Assembly (NCBI GenBank): GCA_030704615.1
Contig: CM060731.1
Location: 16,926,001 to 16,990,000, forward strand
From: Takakia lepidozioides
Taxonomy: Eukaryota; Plantae; Bryophyta
Length of the DNA stretch: 64,000 nucleotides
Direction: 5' to 3'
In this document: one piece after another, positions 61,401 to 64,000 of the stretch
Layout of the letters: the number at the start of each line of letters is the position of its first letter
Position numbering within the stretch: position 1 is the first letter of the stretch
Made by a program: the position numbers and the translations under genes
The notes under the pieces: generated by a model
Told to the model about the DNA's origin: nothing
Databases searched by the model: none
Seen by the model: only the letters and a program-made list of their open reading frames with translations

Positions 61401-62999
61401 GTTAAGCCAACATACTGTTACTACAGTGTGTGCCTATCTCCTTAGTTTGTGGTGACATGTCCATTCAGTGGCAAGCCATTTTTGAGGTGGTTCCTGTAGC
61501 TTGTGAAGACACGTGTTACTTTTGAGGATGGTGGAGCTCATGCAGATAATTGGTGATGTCAGGCAGCAGTAGTGTTTTTGGTGACAGTGCATGTGTATGC
61601 CAATGAGAAGTGCGAATTGGGGGAGCTGTCCATCGTGGCTTTATCTGGGTGTATCTGGTTGCAGGCTTTTGTCATTATTCTTGAAACCAAGTAATATTTC
61701 TCCCTTGCCCTGTGTGAAGTCTTGAGTACCACCAACGTGGGGTTGTTTATTACGTAGTAAGGAAGGAATCTCACAGAAATGATCTCCTGTAAGACTGATT
61801 GTTGGATCACGAACCACTACGGACATGTGGAATGTGTCTTTTGCAAGGCCTGGTCAATGCTGTTGTCCCTCTTTAGTAGTTTTTGATGAGTGGAATTGGA
61901 TGGATTGCAGCTCCTTCTCTGTCTATCAGCATGTGGCGGTGTGGGGTAATCTCTGCTTATTCTATGTGGTGAACCTGCTTCTAAGTCTGGTGAAGCGCAG
62001 TGGTATGCACACTGTCATGTTTCGACTCTGCACCGAACCAGCCTATTGGGGCTCTCTTCTGGTGTGTAAATCATAATTCCATTGTTTCAAGGATTTTGTT
62101 TGCTGGAGACATGCACCTAAACGAGCCAGGCTTAGGGCAGCTTCACATGTGAGGCCAGTACCCATGATCAGTATGTGTGAATAAGGGGACAGGTCACATC
62201 ATTAATGCACCTATTTTGAGTCACATATAGAGTTGATCTTGGGACCAAGATGTAATTAGGGTTGCTAAAGTATTTTACTGCATTAATGTGACTAAACACG
62301 CTTATTCCTTGTATCGATTGTGGCTAAACCCATTTGGCATATGTGGCATGTTGCCACAAATCATGGGTACCCATGAAATACTGTCTTCTGAAATATTTCC
62401 CTGCATGCAATCACGATTATGTGCAAGTGCCTCACATGTTCTTTTTTTGTTTCTTAATAGGGTGGTTTTACTTAGATATCAAGCTATTTCCCTTTTTCCT
62501 CATAAGGCTCAAGATGGTGAGGCATACTTCCATGCATGTGTACTGTCAGAGGGAGTTGAGTAGGTTAGGAATGTAAAAAATTGCAGGTGGTGGATTAGCA
62601 GCTGTCTGAAGCAGGTAGGTTAGACATATTGCAGGGCTGCATGGCTCTGGGCGGGTAGCTTTCTGACCTGGGAAAGGTGTCTGTGCACAGCTAATAGTTG
62701 CTGCAGGGATGGGACCGGTGGTCGCTCTCAAGTATTTCCGCTTCACATATCGTCCAAGCGCTGTCAATGTGTTGCAGCAGTTGGAGAGACAATACTCCAG
62801 CTCCATGGTAGTTGAACCTACAAAGAACTTGGATATTTCCCTGTCCATGACTCTAACGAAAACTGATCATGGCTCAGTTTACGAGCCATTACTGTGTGAG
62901 TCACCCTCTTCTCAGAAGGGCACAGGGGCTCCCTCGACATCTAATTTTCTGCCCTCTAGCTTGTCGAGGGTCAGCCACCTACAAAGTAAGAACAAATAA
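46484..62999 (+). CDS. ALA2: P4-type ATPase phospholipid flippase, ALA2 (At5g44240)-like; multi-exon (span given)
   Basis: [31 protein letters not shown]; [16 protein letters not shown]; DGETDLKTR; [21 protein letters not shown]; phosphorylation motif DKTGTLTEN (~52020); [12 protein letters not shown]; [13 protein letters not shown]; WMLTGDK; [11 protein letters not shown]; [13 protein letters not shown]. Stop TAA 62997-62999. GT-AG introns. Confidence 0.93.
48010..48260 (+). mobile_element. 3'-truncated copy of the tRNA-LTR TRIM (LTR + interior + first 30 bp of second LTR)
   Basis: LTR 48010-48154, PBS from 48155 (TGGTATCAGAGTC), PPT GAGGGGGAG ending 48230, partial LTR 48231-48260, then unrelated sequence. 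Confidence 0.92.
48715..49288 (-). mobile_element. LINE family A 3' fragment in an ALA2 intron
   Basis: Reverse complement aligns by eye to ~30375-30953 and ends in CGTCTTATGAGTAC. GA-rich flanks; TSD ambiguous. Confidence 0.9.
53773..54177 (+). mobile_element. LINE family A 3' fragment
   Basis: [38 protein letters not shown]; ends in CTTATGAGTAC. Confidence 0.9.
54189..54328 (+). mobile_element. Second short family A copy directly downstream of the previous copy
   Basis: Repeats the last ~135 bp of the family; flanked by CTTTCAGGT at 54180-54188 and 54329-54337. Confidence 0.85.
56683..56709 (-). mobile_element. 27-bp extreme-3' fragment of LINE family A with a 20-bp TSD
   Basis: Reverse complement AACACGGCAAACAACGTCTTATGAGTA; perfect direct repeat TATTATGTCCACTGTATATG at 56663-56682 and 56710-56729. 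Confidence 0.9.
57296..57877 (+). mobile_element. Tandem-array tRNA-LTR TRIM: LTR-int-LTR-int-LTR
   Basis: LTRs 57296-57439, 57514-57658, 57733-57877. Interiors 57440-57513 and 57659-57732 (74 bp), each with PBS and PPT. Period 218-219 bp. Confidence 0.95.
58530..58886 (+). mobile_element. LINE family A 3' fragment (more diverged)
   Basis: [44 protein letters not shown]; ends in CGTCTTACGAGTAC. The 5' boundary is approximate. Confidence 0.85.
59664..59768 (+). mobile_element. Short element sharing the family A 3' blocks (related subfamily or SINE-like partner)
   Basis: TGGGCGCG...GGTCAATGGCCGTAAGGCTATGGCAA...ATGAGTAC; imperfect 13-bp direct repeat at 59651-59663 and 59769-59781. Confidence 0.6.
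59918..60170 (-). mobile_element. Old diverged LINE remnant related to family A
   Basis: Reverse complement contains GGGTCTACGGCGACAAGGCTACGGCAA (family A 3' hairpin block) and, upstream, [10 protein letters not shown] (RT YLG motif). The spacing implies an internal deletion. Confidence 0.45.
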
Positions 63000-64000
63000 A
63001 GTTCTTGACCAATTTTGCTTTTTCTATATTAGCTCACTGTTCATTATTCACGTGTACTAACTGCAGGCCATTGCCTGATGCAAGCCACTTAGATCACAAT
63101 CTGGTAAACATGTACATGGTCCTGTTAATGCTGAGTAGTCTATTGCGATTCTTGCTTGTCAAATGCATGTCAGAGATTACATCAGCCCCTGGGAGTCTAC
63201 CCCCTTTTCCACTGATTTTGCATTTCAAGTACCATAAATATTGTGTGTTTCTTTTTTCCATCCAAGTGCAAGAACTTTGTCATGCAGAATGAGGAATCTA
63301 TATGCATTATTGTATCCCGTAAGTCTTTGGGCAAACAGATTTTGCATGTCCTAATGCATGGTGAGAATGACGAGGAAAGAGTTCAGTCTACCATCAGAAA
63401 AAGAAAGAGTTGCACTTGGAAGGTCGCATTGTTGTTCAAGCAGCCACCCAATGCTTCATTTGGGTCTACCAGAGGCCTTTCGTCCTGTGTGTGAAGGTTT
63501 GAGGGCCTGTCCATTGGCAGCAGCGTCTGTTACATCCAATCTTTGGAACCAGCCCGGGCCAGGCACATTTTGGTCTATTGGACACTGTAGTACATCTGTT
63601 CTATAGCAGATGGAAACTCAGACATATACATTCGACAGTTGCACTTGTCCGTCTAGCATTGGATTTTTTTTGTGAAATTGAGATGTAGAAAATAACTTAG
63701 TGTGGGCTTACTTTCCTTCACTTCTTTTATGAGCAGACAACCATGAGTATGCTTGTAGCTATACTTCACTTTATTACAAAAGTATGTGGCACAATTGGGG
63801 GAAAAGCCAATCGTTGGGACTCAGCTGCTTAGGCAATCATGGAACTGGGATCGTAGAGGAGTAACCTGATGAGGTGACGTTAGATTTCTATATAGATGAT
63901 TTTATATCCAATCTCCTGAGGAAGTGCAGAATAAAACAGCCATGGGGTGTAGCTATGCAAAAATGATGCATGAGAGGCTTCCATCATGCTCATCCTCAGG

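Overview
Eukaryotic land-plant nuclear DNA with many short GT-AG introns; the repeat content suggests a non-seed plant, but the species cannot be determined here. Four co-oriented + strand genes fill the window: the 3' end of a MATH/TRAF-like gene (to 929), a plastid PPR5/EMB2453-like gene (7321-10456), a ~34 kb VPS13S/SHRUBBY-like lipid-transfer gene (11586-45297) and an ALA2-like P4-ATPase flippase (46484-62999). The accessory DNA is the interesting part. (1) A 364-bp non-autonomous LTR retrotransposon (TRIM) carries a full 72-nt tRNA cloverleaf (Pol III A/B boxes) in each 144-145 bp LTR, plus a tRNA-iMet PBS, a copia-type PPT and a 5-bp TSD. It occurs at three intronic loci, one a 3-LTR tandem array; this is the tRNA analogue of Cassandra (Helenus-like architecture). 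(2) A decayed non-LTR element combines RNase H, a CCHC knuckle and a restriction-like endonuclease (Dualen/RandI-like), with a palindrome and tetraloop hairpins at its 3' end. (3) A young tail-less LINE family has six clear intronic copies plus two diverged relatives, mostly ending in TGAGTAC, including a 27-bp insertion with a 20-bp TSD. hAT remnants are also present. All calls come from reading the sequence and recalling family motifs; no searches were run.
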